DNA of 64,000 nt from Podarcis vaucheri (taxonomy: Eukaryota). The position numbers and the translations under genes are program-made. The stretch is taken from NCBI GenBank assembly GCA_965113315.1, contig OZ220370.1; one strand, written 5' to 3'. The notes under the pieces are model-generated. The model worked only from the letters and a program-made list of their open reading frames with translations. It had not been told where the DNA came from and did not search any database. This document shows positions 50,647 through 63,264 of the stretch, piece by piece; the first letter of the stretch is position 1, and every line of letters starts with the position of its first letter.

Positions 50647-51472
50647 GTAAGTCAGAGCCAAATGAACAGAATCCTGAGAAATGTGGGGCAGGCTTGCTAT
50701 GGAAATGGGTATCTCTTTGACATCATCATATAGCACTTCCTTCCTGGTCATCTTAGCAAAAACAAAAAGTTAATTTCTGTGGGTTGTAACTAATGCTATT
50801 CCTACTAGTAGAAGACCCACTGAAATTAACGTAACTAACTTAGGTTGATTCATTTCAATGGATCTACTCTGGGTAAAACTTGGTTGGCTGTAACCCTATG
50901 ATTGCTTTATGTAAGTCACCTTGTGTGGGCTTTGTTCTAGAAAGCAGCATAGGTAAGCAAAGGAATAGGGAACGCAAATCAATTGATTGCTGATTAAATA
51001 CTGGATTTTACATCAAACTGTTCTGTACTGATAGCATTTCAATGGTGACATGAGGTATCACATCCTCCACTAACTTTGTCCTCGCTTTAAAGCCTGTTCC
51101 TACCCTTACTTCCCAATAAATATCCCTACCTATGGCCATCCTTCCTCCTACTGTGTCTCTGAGCTCCACATTTCTCCCATTTGCCTAAAGTTTTCGACAA
51201 TTCCCATGTAGTCGCACCTCTTTAGCCATGTTCAGGTGTTTGCCTGATAGTGTGATGGTTGAAAGCAGGAGCATGTGCTGTCCCAACCCGCAACATGATT
51301 GTGCATGTCATCCCCCTTACCTTTCCCACGTTGTTTGGGTAGGTCCTCAAGAGGCTTCTAATGCACAAGGTGCACAAGGTATTCTACTTATAAAAAAAAT
51401 ATCTTGTTTATTTGTACAGGGGCATTTAATTTCCCAAAACTCTGAACATTATTTTAATCATGTTCCTTACAG

Positions 51473-51634
51473 ATACGATCTGATCATGAAGGTGAACCCG
51501 GGATAGTTATTACTTACACTATTTCAGGCACAGGAGTCACTGAACCACCATATAATTTGTTTGTGATTAATGGAAAAACTGGAGACCTGAACATAACAAG
51601 AATAGTTGATCGGGAGCAAACGCCAATGTTCCAT
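51473..51634 (+). CDS. DSG2: Desmoglein-2 exon 4 (EC1), IRSDHEGEPG...VTEPPY...VDREQTPMFH
   Basis: 162 nt; ttacag/gtaagt. Confidence 0.95.
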
Positions 51635-51767
51635 GTAAGTGAAGCAATTAGACTTCCTTTTCTTATCAAGCACTCAGATTGATGTCAATTGCCATCATTC
51701 AACTTTTACTGTATTGATTTGAATTCACACATATGGATTATTTACTTTTCTGCCAATATTCTTCCAG

Positions 51768-51912
51768 CTGAAAGGTTATGCAATGGATCAGTACGGTAAT
51801 CACATGGAAAAACCATTAGACTTGAGAATTAAAGTTAAAGACATAAATGACAACTACCCAAAGTTTTCAAAGTCAGTTTTTATGGGCTCTGTTGAAGAAT
51901 TGTCTGAAGTAG
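51768..51912 (+). CDS. DSG2: Desmoglein-2 exon 5, LKGYAMD...DINDNYP...SVEELSEV
   Basis: GYA(L/M)D adhesion-site type and SVEELS are DSG2-like; 145 nt, phase 0/1. Confidence 0.95.
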
Positions 51913-53531
51913 GTAAGTCCTGGAGCTTTATTTAATACTTTCATTCTAACTTGATAGCAATTTTGTTTTCTGTGCATATCCTTGTACTTTTCCCTAACTA
52001 CCCTATCTCTTGGTCCCTTGTTTATGGTTGAAATCCTGTACATAGTAGCAGATGTGTCTCTTTCATTGATTTCACACAGATGTGCAGGGTCATGGTATTG
52101 CAATAGGTTAGGAACATCACACGCATTTGATCTGAGATTGGTCTTCAGAGGGGAAGATGCTGGAAAATGTAGCAGAGATTAATAGTGCAAGGTACACCTG
52201 AAATCCTTTCTTCTGCAAACTATTAAAGATTCAAGAGCCCTATTGCATCCTACCTTGCCCTGGTCACACAGGACAAATGATAAAATAAACCAAAGCTTTC
52301 TTTCGTTATGTGACGCTGCCTCGAAAATTATGGTAGTTTGGGAAGGGAGAGTGCATTTGCCTTACACTCTGACTGTGCAGGCTTTATTATCTACCCCTGG
52401 AGAATGAGCATGTTGAATTGTGCCACTTCCGACTACAGCTAGCAGGTCTCTTTTTGTAATGGCCCCTTGAACAAAAGAGTTCACTGCATAGTGGGGATAG
52501 GGGTGGGCTAGGACATTTTTTCAAGGTCTACTCACTGCACCCTACATGCAAGCCAGTCATTAATGGTGCTTTAGAACTTGAGGCTCTAAATAGTACAAGA
52601 AGTCTGTGTGTTTAGGGCAAGTTCTCTGCTTTAGACCTTTTCCCTCCCAATGCATGGAAAGCACAACAGGGACAGGACAGTGGTGGTGGGGCCAACAAGC
52701 ATGGCCGTGTGGTTGCTTGAGGGAGAATGCCCAAGTAGGACAATGGTGTCAGAGGCAGGTTAGCTACGCCAAATGGGCAGGAAGGAAAGACAAGCTGTTA
52801 CCCACTACCAATGCTAGGGATTCCAGCTGGGGAATGGTATTGTGCATTCCAGCCCTATCTGAGCAAACATGAAAGCATTTTGAAGTTTGATGAGATGCAG
52901 TCCATTCTACCAGATCCAGAGGCAAATAATAAGAAAAGCCACAGTAGTATTAGCTCAGCTTTTTGGGACAGGATATTGATTTGCATCTATTTCTAACATC
53001 ATTATCAGAAGGATGCTATGGGACAAGAAGCTGAGAACTATGTTGCGGGGATGGGGAGGCAAACTGGCACTACCATGAGCACTAGTCAAACCATGGGATA
53101 AATGTTATTTTATTCAGTTTTGGTATTAACATAGTGTTTATTTTTAAATACAATTTTAGTGCATTCTTTATCATTTATTCCAAGGGAATTTCGTCTAAAA
53201 ATCTAAAGTTATACAAATCCTTAGGACTTAGATGTCTTGGTCTAGTGCAGGAACAGAAAATTTGTAGTCCTCCCGATTCTACTAGACTGCACTTCCCATC
53301 ACCCCTGACCATTAGCCATGCTGTCTGGGGCTGTTGGGAATTGGAGTCCAACAACACCTGGAGAGCTATCCCTGGTCCAGTGTATGTTATTTGACCAAGC
53401 ATCTGTACCTGAGCTAAATCTTTGAGTGCACCATATAAAATTCAGTACAGTATTTGGGGCATTTGGAAACCTTCAGTTCAATATAATTTGTCCAATAGGA
53501 CTTTATAATTAAGTTTAATTTGAATTGTTAG

Positions 53532-53698
53532 GTGTTCTTGTGATAAAGATAGAAGCAACCGATGCAGATGAGCCAGGCAACCTCAACTCTAAAATTGCCT
53601 TCAAGATTATTTCTCAAGAGCCTAGCAATCCTCCTGCATTTGAAATTATCAGATCGACAGGCGAGGTCCGGACTTCACATTTTCAACTCGACAGGGAG
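53532..53698 (+). CDS. DSG2: Desmoglein-2 exon 6 (EC2)
   Basis: [14 protein letters not shown]...LDRE; 167 nt; gttag/gtaaat. Confidence 0.95.
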
Positions 53699-53939
53699 GT
53701 AAATGCCTTTTCCTCTCCTGGATTCCTCTCCTGTGTTATCCAGTTTCTCATTTATGTGGTAAAAATGCTATTGATGTCACTTTATAAATTACCTCAGTAG
53801 AACATAATCTTTAAGACCATAATCCTGATCAACTGATTTGCTTGCTTGATTCTGATATAAAGTGCCCTTCTACTCTAAAAATGCTCAAGGCAGCATACGA
53901 AAACAATAGGGGGGGAAGGGTATCAGGCATGTAGGAAAG

Positions 53940-54115
53940 ATAAAGGTAAATGACCCGTGGACAGTTAAGTCCAGTCAAAGGCAACTATGGGGTGCTGCGT
54001 TCATCTCGCTTCAGGCCGAGGCAGACAGCTTTCCGGGTCATGTGGCCAGCACGACTAAACCATTTCTGGCGCAATGGGACACCGTGATGAGTGCCAGAGC
54101 ACACAGAAACACTGT
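53940..54115 (-). mobile_element. Sauria SINE 3' fragment
   Basis: Matches the 3' half of the 10951 subfamily. Confidence 0.7.
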
Positions 54116-54399
54116 TCATCAGGCATGTCTACTAATAATAAATAGTTAAAAAAAATAAATTCAGCAAAATGTATCTAAAAGAGCAGTAATAATTATTGTT
54201 GATATTGTCATATATAAATGGTGGTATATAAATATTTTTATACATAAACCCCCACGACCTGGCTCTTGGAGGCTCCCAGGTCTTGGGCGGTGATCTCTTT
54301 TGGCTCCAAACAGTGGTATTTGGCCACTGATGGTAGATACTGATTTATTTTGGTATGCTGTTGCATTCACTTACACGTAGCTGCTTGAATATCATGCAG

Positions 54400-54534
54400 G
54401 TGCAAAGTAGCTACTCCTTAATTGTAGAAGCAAGAGACCGAGATGGAGATGCAATAGGGCTTGGTGAACGGACAACGGTACAGATCAAGGTTTTGGATGT
54501 CAATGACAATATCCCTTATCTTGAAAAAAGCATG
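54400..54534 (+). CDS. DSG2: Desmoglein-2 exon 7 (EC2)
   Basis: SSYSLIVEARD...DVNDNIP; 135 nt; tgcag/gtaagt. Confidence 0.95.
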
Positions 54535-54638
54535 GTAAGTGAAGTGATCTGACTGGAAGGCTTACATGCATTTGTGCTAAACAGCCTTTCCTGCCTTGAT
54601 AACATGGAAGAGACATTTAAAATCTTGTATGCTTACAG

Positions 54639-54824
54639 TATGATGGAAGCGTCCGGGAAAATACAGCTAATGTGGAGATTATGCGACTGAGGGCCTTTGA
54701 CGACGATGAGCAGTACACTGATAACTGGCTGGCAAACTTCACCATTGTGTCTGGCAATGAAGGAGGTTATTTCCGTATAGAAACAGATTCGCATACCAAT
54801 GAAGGAGTTTTGATTCTGGTTAAG
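54639..54824 (+). CDS. DSG2: Desmoglein-2 exon 8 (EC3)
   Basis: YDGSVREN...DNWLANF...SGNEGGYF...TNEG; 186 nt; tacag/gttagt. Confidence 0.95.
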
Positions 54825-55368
54825 GTTAGTGTTTAGTTTGCGGAGACTGTGTTTTGAATCATTGGTCCCAATGCAGACATGCAAAATTAACTGCATGAAA
54901 AAATGTTGAAAGGGAGGGTGCTAGCTGATGTGGATAAGCTTTCTGCACCTAAAGTAGTCAGGGTATACTTCCAAACTGGCTGTAATACCATATGGCTACA
55001 TATACTCAGTGGGGCCAATCCAGAGGCTTAATACTGCCTTCTAGTCAAGGGAGCTAATGTTCCACAACCCTGTGATAAAGCCTGCTGTGGCAACCATAGA
55101 TATATTGTCTTTGTTTGCATTCTACCAAGAGGACAAAATCTTACAAATGGAAAATGTAGCCTCCTCTGATCACTGTTTAATGCACAGACCTTAATGTTTT
55201 GTGAAGAAAGGAGGGTGTATGTGGGACTTCCATGTGCCACTGTGAATATCAAAGAAAAATGCAAATATATTTTATAATGTTCTAAATATCTAGAGATTTT
55301 GGCATATATATCATTCACTTGTCCAGGAACTGGCCCCAAACCAGAGCAGGTATAAACACACATGGAGC

Positions 55369-55369
<1 letters not shown>

Positions 55370-55400
<31 letters not shown>
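55370..55400. repeat. (TTGA)n microsatellite; others: (TTA)n 7752-7782, (TG)n 13146-13163, (CT)n 39500-39524
   Basis: Directly visible. Confidence 0.95.
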
Positions 55401-55403
<3 letters not shown>

Positions 55404-55784
55404 ATTTGCATTTGTTATGTGTTCTTTAGGGTCCCAGAGCAGGATATGTGCATTTCTTGAAACGTCACTTAAAACCATAATTAAGACAACAGTAGAAATC
55501 ATAGCCTGTTCTAAATCATTCATCTGCATGGGCAAAGAGGTGCATCTTGATTAACTGATGAAAAGAGGACAGTGCCAGATGCAAGTCCAAGGGAAGGGAG
55601 TTCTTAGCCAGGAAAAGCCCTCCCATATCCCACTGCCCCTTGGATTTCAGGAGGTGGTGACACTCCAGCAGGGCCTCCCCTGGTGATAATGAAAGTGAAG
55701 TCTTAACGCTTATTCTCCAGCTTGGAATTCAGAGTGCACCTTTTCTGACTTGTTGCTGGGGGTTTATTCCCATTCTCCCTACAG

Positions 55785-56047
55785 GAAATTAATTATGAAG
55801 AGCTGCAGAACATTGACTTGAATATTGTTGTTTCTAACAAAGCAGCGTATCACAAATCAATTATTTCTAAGGGCTTCCAAGCAAAACCAATTCCAGTTAA
55901 AATTAAGGTGGAAAATGTGATAGAAGGCCCTGTATTTAAGCCCAACAGAGTTACAATTCAAGCAAATAGAACAATGAAAGTGAACCAGGTTATTGGGCGC
56001 TTTGAAGCTTATGATGAAGATACTGGAAAGATAGCACAAAACATCAG
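55785..56047 (+). CDS. DSG2: Desmoglein-2 exon 9 (EC3-EC4)
   Basis: EINYEE...NKAAYHKSI...NVIEGP...DEDTG; 263 nt, phase 0/2. Confidence 0.95.
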
Positions 56048-57235
56048 GTAAGAGATGCCTTTCTTCTTTTTTACCAAGGCAAATCACTGAAGAGTTGCTT
56101 AAATCAAGCTGCTGCTGCAGCATTCAGTTTGAGTGAAGACGGTCCTCAGTCTATGCCTCATTTGTGCCACTGCCTTTTGCTTGCAATATCTGTAGGCCGC
56201 AGTCACACACTTAAGAAATAAATAGCAGCACCCGCAAGATGCAATGATTTTATGCATAGCATGGCTCTATTTCTATTTCGTCTTATGACAGGGGTAGAAA
56301 ATCTCCAGTCCAGGAGCCAAATGTAGTCCTCCAGGCTCTCTGCCTGGTCCTTTGTACTCTCCCCAAGCCACATCCCTCACCAACCCCAATCCATACCTTT
56401 CTGGAAGTGTTTTCACTTGGATGGAAGGTGACTTTGAACTCTGATAATGCCTGTTGTCTACCTGGATGGAGACAGGGGTGTGAATGTGTACAGAAACTAG
56501 CCTGCTGTATAAAGGTGAATTCTACATTCGTTGTGTTGCCTACGTTTGCCCCTGGTTACATCCCTGTAATGGGCAGGGGACCAGAGGCAAAAGTGGCTGC
56601 CAGAAGGTTGCCTGGGAGAGGATGTGGCCCTTCTTCCCCATTTCTGTCTTCTGGCATGATGGGGACCTGATGGGGCAAGCAAAAAAAATGACACGAATTC
56701 ACATTCTTCCTGAGCAGACTTAGGATGACATGAAGTTTCCAGGCATCTCCTATAAATGCATGACTTCCTTCAGAAATGTATGTGTTATTTTATTGTACTA
56801 CACTGACATACATCATAAAACGTATGTTTCTATGATTTTTTGAATGTGAAAAATGACCCTGAGTTGTTGAATGAAACTAAATGAAGATGTTTCACCATCA
56901 ACCAAGCCTGTGTAGTAATAATAATAATAATAAGTTATTATTTATACCCTGCCCATCTGGCTGGCCAGCCACTCTGGGTGGCTTCCAACAAAATATTAAA
57001 AATACAATAAAACATCAGTCCTTAAAAATCTTCCCTAAACAGGGCTGCCTTCATATGTCTTCTAAACATCAGATAGTAGTTTATTTCCTTGACATCTGAT
57101 GGGAGGGCATTCCACAAGGTGGGCGCCACCACCAAGAAGGCCCTCTGCCTGGTTCCATGTGTGTCTTTGAGCGAAGTGTTTTCTTTATACACCGATTGTT
57201 GTGACCATTCTAACTTAAATTAAAAATCTGCACAG

Positions 57236-57378
57236 GTATGTTAAAGGCCAGGATGTTGCGAACTGGTTTACAGTAGACTCTAGGACTGCTGAAATCAAAC
57301 TTAACCGAGTGATTGACTATGACTCATCTTTTCTTGTCAACGGTACTTACACTGCAACAATTTTGGCTATAAGTAAGG
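57236..57378 (+). CDS. DSG2: Desmoglein-2 exon 10 (EC4), YVKGQDVANWF...IDYDSSFLVNGTY...ISK
   Basis: 143 nt, phase 2/1; cacag/gtaagt. Confidence 0.93.
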
Positions 57379-58684
57379 GTAAGTGATGCTTCTTCCATTT
57401 CTTCCTTAAGAATAATTCATCAGCCTTTTCATTCATACTCCACGTCTTAATATGTTAAAGCCCAAAGCTAGATTTGGAAAGTGGCAGCAACCATCTGACC
57501 AGTAAGCTTTGGCGAAGGGTGGTAACTCAGTGGTGCAGCATCTTCTTTGTGTGCAGAAGGCCCCAGCTTCATTCCATGGTGTCTCCAGGTAGGGCTAAGA
57601 GAGAACCTTACCTGAAACCATAGAGAGCCACTGCCGGTCTGCATAGACAAGGCTGAGCTAGACGGACCACTGGTCTGTCTCTGTATAAAGCAACTTCCCA
57701 AGTTTCTGCACAGGGACCAGCAGCTCCAAAAATCTTGGCTACACTTACTAGCCAGACATGAATCATGGTGGCCATCAATTGTCTTGCCTCCCTCAAATCC
57801 TCTGGCATTCACCATGGGCTTGGGAGACGTACAGGCTCTCTTCCCTCATTTGTGGTGGGATATGGAGAAGGCAAAAATCAGGATTCTCTCTCCATGCTCA
57901 GGAGAGACTGGTGTTGCTTTTCACGACTGGGCAGAGAGCCAGGGTCATTTACCTCTGTTGAGTAGATGGTAGGGACTGAGCCTGTTTTTCCTTCAGTAAG
58001 TACCTGGAGCATCATTGGCATTTAGGCAAATGATGTATTAGTAGAGGCTTTTAATAAAGCCTGATGGATTACATGCTTTAGCATGATGACATGAACATGA
58101 TTCCACAAAAATGTCAAACTTCACACACATGTATCTGCTTTTCACATTAGAGTCCTTGTAATCTAATACGCATTTTAGAAAGTTGTTTATTCGCTATGTA
58201 CATGGACAACTCTTTAAGATATCGTAAGCAATTTTGCAGGATGGTCCCCAAGATAAAGGAGCAGGTTTCCTTCTATGTTTGGATACAGTTGGATGCCATT
58301 TGGGATTAAGATGGCAGAATGGACCTTTCAACATTGCACTGATATTTTTGCTTTTGTAGAATTTTCTAGAAACACTGGATCCAAGGCTGTTAGTCTTGAA
58401 TAAAGTGTCTGACGGTCCACAGAGCCCAAAGAATTGGAGTATCAGTATGGTAGTCATCTCCAGCAACTCAAATAATTGCCAAGCAAACATTTCCATGGGT
58501 TTGAATTGCATCCTATATTCAATCATTGTGTTGTTGAAATGGATTGCAAACCGAACACTGAATTCACATTAAAACCTTTTATACACTCAAAGAAGCAAAT
58601 GAAATTCTGCATTGATAAAACTATGTTTTTGCATTCTTAAGCAGTGAAATACAAATGCTTTGCTTTACTTTACATATTTTGCAG

Positions 58685-58912
58685 ACCAGCCTCCAAAAAC
58701 GGCTACAGGTACCATTGTGATTCAGGTACAGAATACCACTCTCTACTGCCCGACCATTGTGACTCCACGTCAAACTGTCTGTACCCATGCGAAGTTTGTT
58801 AACGTCTCTGTTACTAATCGAGGAGGTTATCTAAATCGCGGCCCTTTCACTTTCACTATTGTTGATGAGCCTGAAAGAGTGTCAGACAAGTGGAGGATAA
58901 TCAGAGTGGATG
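58685..58912 (+). CDS. DSG2: Desmoglein-2 exon 11 (EC4-EC5), DQPPKTATGTIVIQVQNTTLYCP...KWRIIRVD
   Basis: 228 nt, phase 1/1; tgcag/gtaagt; KTATGT, CP, QTVC and GPF conserved. Confidence 0.93.
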
Positions 58913-60095
58913 GTAAGTATGAGTCACTATGACATGTTTTACGGCAGGGGTGAGGGTGTGTAGGAACTAGTCGACTGTACCAGGTAAGATTTGCATTTGT
59001 TACCCTACCCATCTTTGCCTCCTGTGTGCCCCCGTGCATTTCCCAAACAGATTTAGGAGGGGGCAGTCCCATTGTGCAAGCGGAGATCCATTTTGTTGAT
59101 GATGATGATTTATTACTTGCCCAAGACAAGGTTGCAGCATTAAAACCAATATTAAAACCAAGCTTAAAACTCACAACCATTGGGTACAAGCCTGTTATTT
59201 TAGTTGTGACTCGGCTATTCCTCTCTTGGATAACATGCGCTGGCGAAAGTAGCATTGCTTTGAAGTGTAGCTTCAGAAGTAGGGGCTTAGCTTCACCAGA
59301 GGCAGAGAATAAAAAATCTGAAGCTGAGTGGCCGAGATTATTTGTCTGAAGATCCTTAGATCCTTGTGGTCAGTTCTCATGCTAGGAGAGCATCTCTCCC
59401 AAGATTTGTCACCCACTGAAATAAGCCAGAAATGCTCTGCACTTACTGCTATCTGAAAGTTGAGCGGAAAAGTTTTAGCTATACCTGAAAAAGATGTAAG
59501 ATACCACCCCTTTCCTCATTTGGGTACTGGTTGTAGAGAAAGAGAAATTCTCTGTGGTCTTTCTGCTTCTTCTCCTTGAGACAGGCTGGGAAGGTACTCC
59601 AAAGCCATACCTGCAAGGAATTAACACACATCTAGGAAAACTGTTCTTCATATTCTGTCTGGTTGGCAGACTGGATACTTGCGGAATTGCTGTAACACCA
59701 GGAATGCTCATTTAAAGACTATTTAGCATCCATTGATAATTTTAGCTCTTTAAACATTGTGCTGATGTCTCTGTGTAGACCTGGGGGGTCTACCTGTGGT
59801 CCTATAAGAGGACCTATAGCTCCCATTGGTGGAAGTTGTAGACCACCATCTCAAGGGCCGCAGGTTCCATCCCTGGTGCCAAAAATACAGTTGCCAAAGG
59901 TGGTTTACAACAATTAGGTAATCTAGAATCTGATGTGTTTATCTCCATAATATAACTGTGTTTATCTCCATAATATAACTTCAGAACATCAAGTTGCTAA
60001 CCCTAAAGTCGTATCTGCTCATAGTTCTGTCATACTTTCAGCTACTTAGATTACATTGCTTTATATTGATTGTTACTGTCTTTTTCCCTGTGAAG

Positions 60096-60323
60096 GATCT
60101 AGAGTACAGCTTATACCAGAGAATCTGAAGCCTGGATCATATGAAGTTCCTCTCCTGGTGAAAGATAACCAGGGTCTTAGCTGTCCCGAGTATCAAACTC
60201 TAAGACTGGATGTTTGTGAATGTGCAGAAGGTGGTGGTTGCCGAGCAGCAATCGTCGGCTCATCGGTTTTTCTAGGACCTGCAGCAATTGCTCTGATAAT
60301 TCTGGCGTTGTTGCTGCTGCTGT
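60096..60323 (+). CDS. DSG2: Desmoglein-2 exon 12 (EC5, TM), ...DNQGLSCPE...VCEC...LGPAAIALIILALLLL
   Basis: LGPAAIAL TM start typical of DSG2; 228 nt, phase 1/1. Confidence 0.95.
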
Positions 60324-60829
60324 GTAAGTAACTAGCGTTATTCCAGAAGAATTGGCAGAATGCTCTGCACCACCTGCACTCTGACACAATGACTCCTCCT
60401 TGCGAGGACTTGCAATCTTCATGCAAGCTTTATGGGCGTGAACCAACCAAAGTTAAGCCCCTTCTGGTTTTCTCCCATTAGACTCGATAGGACTTAAGAG
60501 GGAGCTTAATATTCTGACCTTTTACATATGGTGCGGTAAAGAGTAGAGCAATACATTTAAGGAACTTTGTTAAAATTTTATTTGTCTCTGATACACCTTT
60601 CCCAGTCCTTTTAAAGCTTTTGATCCTTGTTCTTCCTATCTTTTATCAAAAATTCAACTTTCATACGAGGTGAAATGTTGTTTGGCAGCTTGACCAAAAA
60701 ACAGGCAACAAGCCACGAGGCCTTCCAAACTAGGAGCAGCTAGTTAAAGTCTGGAGTAAGAGCACTGTTCATTTAAAATAATAATCAAAATAATGTTCCA
60801 AGAAGCAATGAATTCTGCAAAGTATTTAT

Positions 60830-61310
60830 TAGATTTATTACCCACCCCTCACAAGGCCCCTGCTCAGGTTACAACATTATAACTGTACTATTAAAAACAA
60901 GTAAAACATTTTGTACAATTATTAAAGCAGCTGTTACCATTCCACAGAGCAGTACAGTAAAGGTTGAAGAGGTGGGTCCCACATAAATATTTTAATTGTC
61001 AAAGGCCTGGGGAGAGAGGTGTATCTTCAGCATACTGCAGAAGTTACACAATGAAGATGGTAGGAATACCTCTGTGTGAAGGGAGATCCACCATTTAAGG
61101 GCTGCCACAGAGGAAGTCCTTTCCCGAGTCAACATTTGCCATACGGATGGCGGAACTACTAAAAGAACCCCCTCAACTGAACTTAACACCCAAGACGGTC
61201 TGTAGGGATGGAGGTGGTTTTTTCAGATATTTGGAGCGCAAGTCATTCAGGGTTTTAAACCCCAGGGGTGGGCACCATGAATTTGGCCTGGAAATAAACT
61301 GGCAACCACT
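60830..61310 (-). mobile_element. Old L2 LINE 3' fragment
   Basis: Similar to 21200-21600. Confidence 0.55.
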
Positions 61311-61893
61311 GCAGCTGGGGGATTGATTTACCCATGTTTGCCTACCTAGCAAAATTGTGTTTTTGCTAAAAATGCAAGGGACTATAACGCCTACCCCGCC
61401 AATCACTGGAAAGGGTGCTCAGCCCCTCTCCTGGAGTCTTGCAGGCTTGCTTTCCCACATAGCTGCAAGCCTCTCTTCACTGTCTGAGCGCTAGGGGGGA
61501 AAACCTGAAGTTGCCAAAATTTGTACCTAAATCCTGTGTTTTCATGGTAATGTTGTGGAACATGCACAACTCTGAATGTGTGAGGCCTGCAAGCTGAAGC
61601 AAATGGAAGTTGCTTGCTGCTGTTCATGTTTGGTTCTCCAGTGCTCTCACCTCACTGGAATTTTAAAATGTGCTAAGCCATCAGAAAGTGTAGATTAGTA
61701 CAGGATTGGTACACAGCCTGTTGTTTGTGGTGCAATGTTTGCATTACATGGCTCTATTTTAGAGAACGCTGTAATATTTTGAATTGATTTTGGAGTATTT
61801 TGTTATATTTAATGGGCTATGAACGGATATTTAGGATTTGCTTCTGCAAGTTCAACCTTTGGTGGTTCGTTGATCTGCCGTGTTCCTTTGCAG

Positions 61894-62024
61894 TGGTGCC
61901 TCTCTTACTGCTGGCGTGTGGCTTTGGTGGATCAGGTGCCTCAAAAGGCTTTGTGGCAATACCCGCTAACAGTGAAGAAATGTTGCGAATATGGAACAAT
62001 GAAGGGGCAGCCCCTGAAGACAAG
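61894..62024 (+). CDS. DSG2: Desmoglein-2 exon 13, LVPLLLLAC...[11 protein letters not shown]
   Basis: WNNEGAxPEDK is DSG2-type; 131 nt, phase 1/0. Confidence 0.95.
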
Positions 62025-62919
62025 GTATCTTGTGTTTTGCCCTGATTTTGTATTTGGCATCAAGGAATGTTGATATCCTGCTTAATGCATGTCTGCTAAG
62101 AAGTAAACCCTGCTGAGTTAAATAGGATGTCCTTCCAAGGACGGGCATGTAGGGCTGCAGCCTAAGAGTCTGCTTTAGACAACAATGGGCTGAGTTACTT
62201 AGAACAATATGGCTCTTACTCTCTTATCAGTTTAAATAGGTATGGGGTAATTCATTTACATAATTAAAAAGTGTGTGTGTAAAAACAGTTGTACAAACAT
62301 AGGTGAGGTTGGTGTGAAGTTTCTGGGCTTCTAAATAGGCAGGATCAGGCTGAGACAGCTGTTCTCAGGCTACTTTTTCTGACGCAGCTGTACAGAAGCA
62401 TTTGGGAAGGAAGTTTGCTAAGAAGTTCTGCTATCCAACAGATATTCCCATTGACCTGGAAAGCTGCCTAACTACAAACTCTGTTGTTCTGAAAGGAGTT
62501 GTTTTTTTTTTGGTGGTTTTTTTTTTGGAGGGGACACAAGTAACTGTATATGGGGTGGTGCTCTAGCAAGGGGGACATTGTCCCCTGCTGCATGAACCAT
62601 AATCCCCAGATTCTCAGATTTCATTTTTAAATCATAGATCTCTAGCATCTGTAGAACCTGAAATCTGAGGCAGTATGCACTGGGCCACTCCATTCTTACT
62701 TCCCCCACCCTGGTAACATTCCTGCAGACACCTATGCAAATAGCCAAACCTTTCGGGATCTGTTCCTCTGGCATATTACGAATCTGCTCTTCCTTTTCTC
62801 CAAGCAGGAAGCAAATAAACTTCCTGAATCACATTTGCTTCCTAGCTGGCCTCGCCCAGCCCAGCCTGCCTCCTTAAATGAATGTAGTTTTACAGTTTTA
62901 TTTTTCTCTTTGACGTTAG

Positions 62920-63264
62920 GCTGCTGTCAGCCTAAGCCACATGACTTCTGTGAACAACTCGGCCTCAGGGATGGGGAATGGAAATGCATCGTCAAGCTTA
63001 GGCGTGGCAGGAGGTGCTGTGGTTTCTGGCTCTTCTGCATTTGGACAGCGTAACACCACAACCATCGAAAGGCGCTGGGAGGAGGCCCGTATGTCTCATG
63101 CACATCATGACGGCATGGATTTTGGAGGGGGCTCAACCATAGCAGGAGCAAGAGGAGTAGGAGGGGGAGACATGGCAGCACAGAAAATCCTGACAATGGA
63201 TAGCAGATACATGGAACATGCTGGAGCCGTGAATGAAGAATTCTTAAGGAGCTACTTCACTGAA
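62920..63264 (+). CDS. DSG2: Desmoglein-2 exon 14, AAVSLSHM...RRWEE...AVNEEFLRSYFTE (last exon lies beyond window)
   Basis: RWEE and NEEFLRxYFT motifs; gttag/gtaaga; 345 nt. Confidence 0.92.

Noticed and set aside
59935-59980. Short tandem duplications (23 bp here; also about 5866-5920 and 15477-15553)
   Set aside because: Ordinary slippage duplications; no repeat-spacer structure, not CRISPR-like.
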